In this document: positions 63,772 to 64,000 of the stretch, piece after piece
Position numbering within the stretch: position 1 is the first letter of the stretch
How the letters are laid out: every line of letters starts with the position of its first letter
Source of the DNA: Chiloscyllium plagiosum
Taxonomy: Eukaryota
DNA length: 64,000 nt
Reading direction: 5' to 3'
Assembly (NCBI RefSeq): GCF_004010195.1
Contig: NC_057719.1
Location: 22,188,896-22,252,895, forward strand
Program-made: the position numbers and the translations under genes
The notes under the pieces: model-generated
Told to the model about the DNA's origin: nothing
The model's database searches: none
Seen by the model: the letters and a program-made list of their open reading frames with translations, nothing else

Positions 63772-63913
63772 AAAAATCACACAACATCAGCTAAATGATG
63801 AAGGAGCAGTGCTCTAAAAGCTAATACTTCCAAATAAACCTGTTGGACTATAATCTGGTATTGTGTGATTTTTAGCTTTGTCCACCCCAGTCCAACAATG
63901 GCACCTCCACATC
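63772..63913 (+). mobile_element. PLE family C insertion with inverted 5' piece and decayed hammerhead
   Basis: TSD atgtaaaatgtc at 63760-63771 and 63914-63925. Confidence 0.85.
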
Positions 63914-64000
63914 ATGTAAAATGTCCACAAAGTATAGCACAAATTGTATTCACCACATGTCTTATCATATTTCAATGAGGAAAATTGATTAGCTCCTCTG

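Noticed and set aside
2619..63913. CRISPR-like array or prokaryotic defence/retron system
   Set aside because: Repeats are dispersed, with no repeat-spacer periodicity or operon; RT motifs are CR1 and PLE type.
1..64000. ORF-track entries as host protein-coding genes
   Set aside because: All recognisable ORFs are TE fragments or their antisense frames (e.g. 37393-38121 is antisense CR1). The rest are short and unrecognised, and no coherent exon chain was found.

Overview
Eukaryotic, repeat-rich vertebrate DNA, almost certainly a cartilaginous fish (shark/ray). This is inferred from many HE1-type V-SINEs, partner CR1/HER1-like LINEs and a SacSINE1-like Deu-SINE. I found no intact host protein-coding gene, so the window reads as intronic or intergenic. 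About half of it is transposon-derived: a near full-length CR1 (37.1-41.1 kb) plus many fragments, at least four Penelope-like (PLE) families, decayed PIF/Harbinger transposases and Myb-like remnants, solo LTRs, Tc1/mariner-type MITEs and a Rex/Babar 3' end. The best-supported unusual signal is a set of minimal type I hammerhead ribozymes in the PLE pseudo-LTRs, several in inverted-pLTR-plus-tail insertions with readable target-site duplications. Other leads are a SINE apparently copied with 20 bp of flank from a locus 22 kb away, a ~340 bp foldback at 59.2-59.5 kb, a pre-miRNA-like hairpin at 54.1 kb, several CNE-like enhancer candidates and a few orphan exon-like segments. Element boundaries were read by eye and are approximate unless a TSD is cited; family names come from motif recognition, not database searches.
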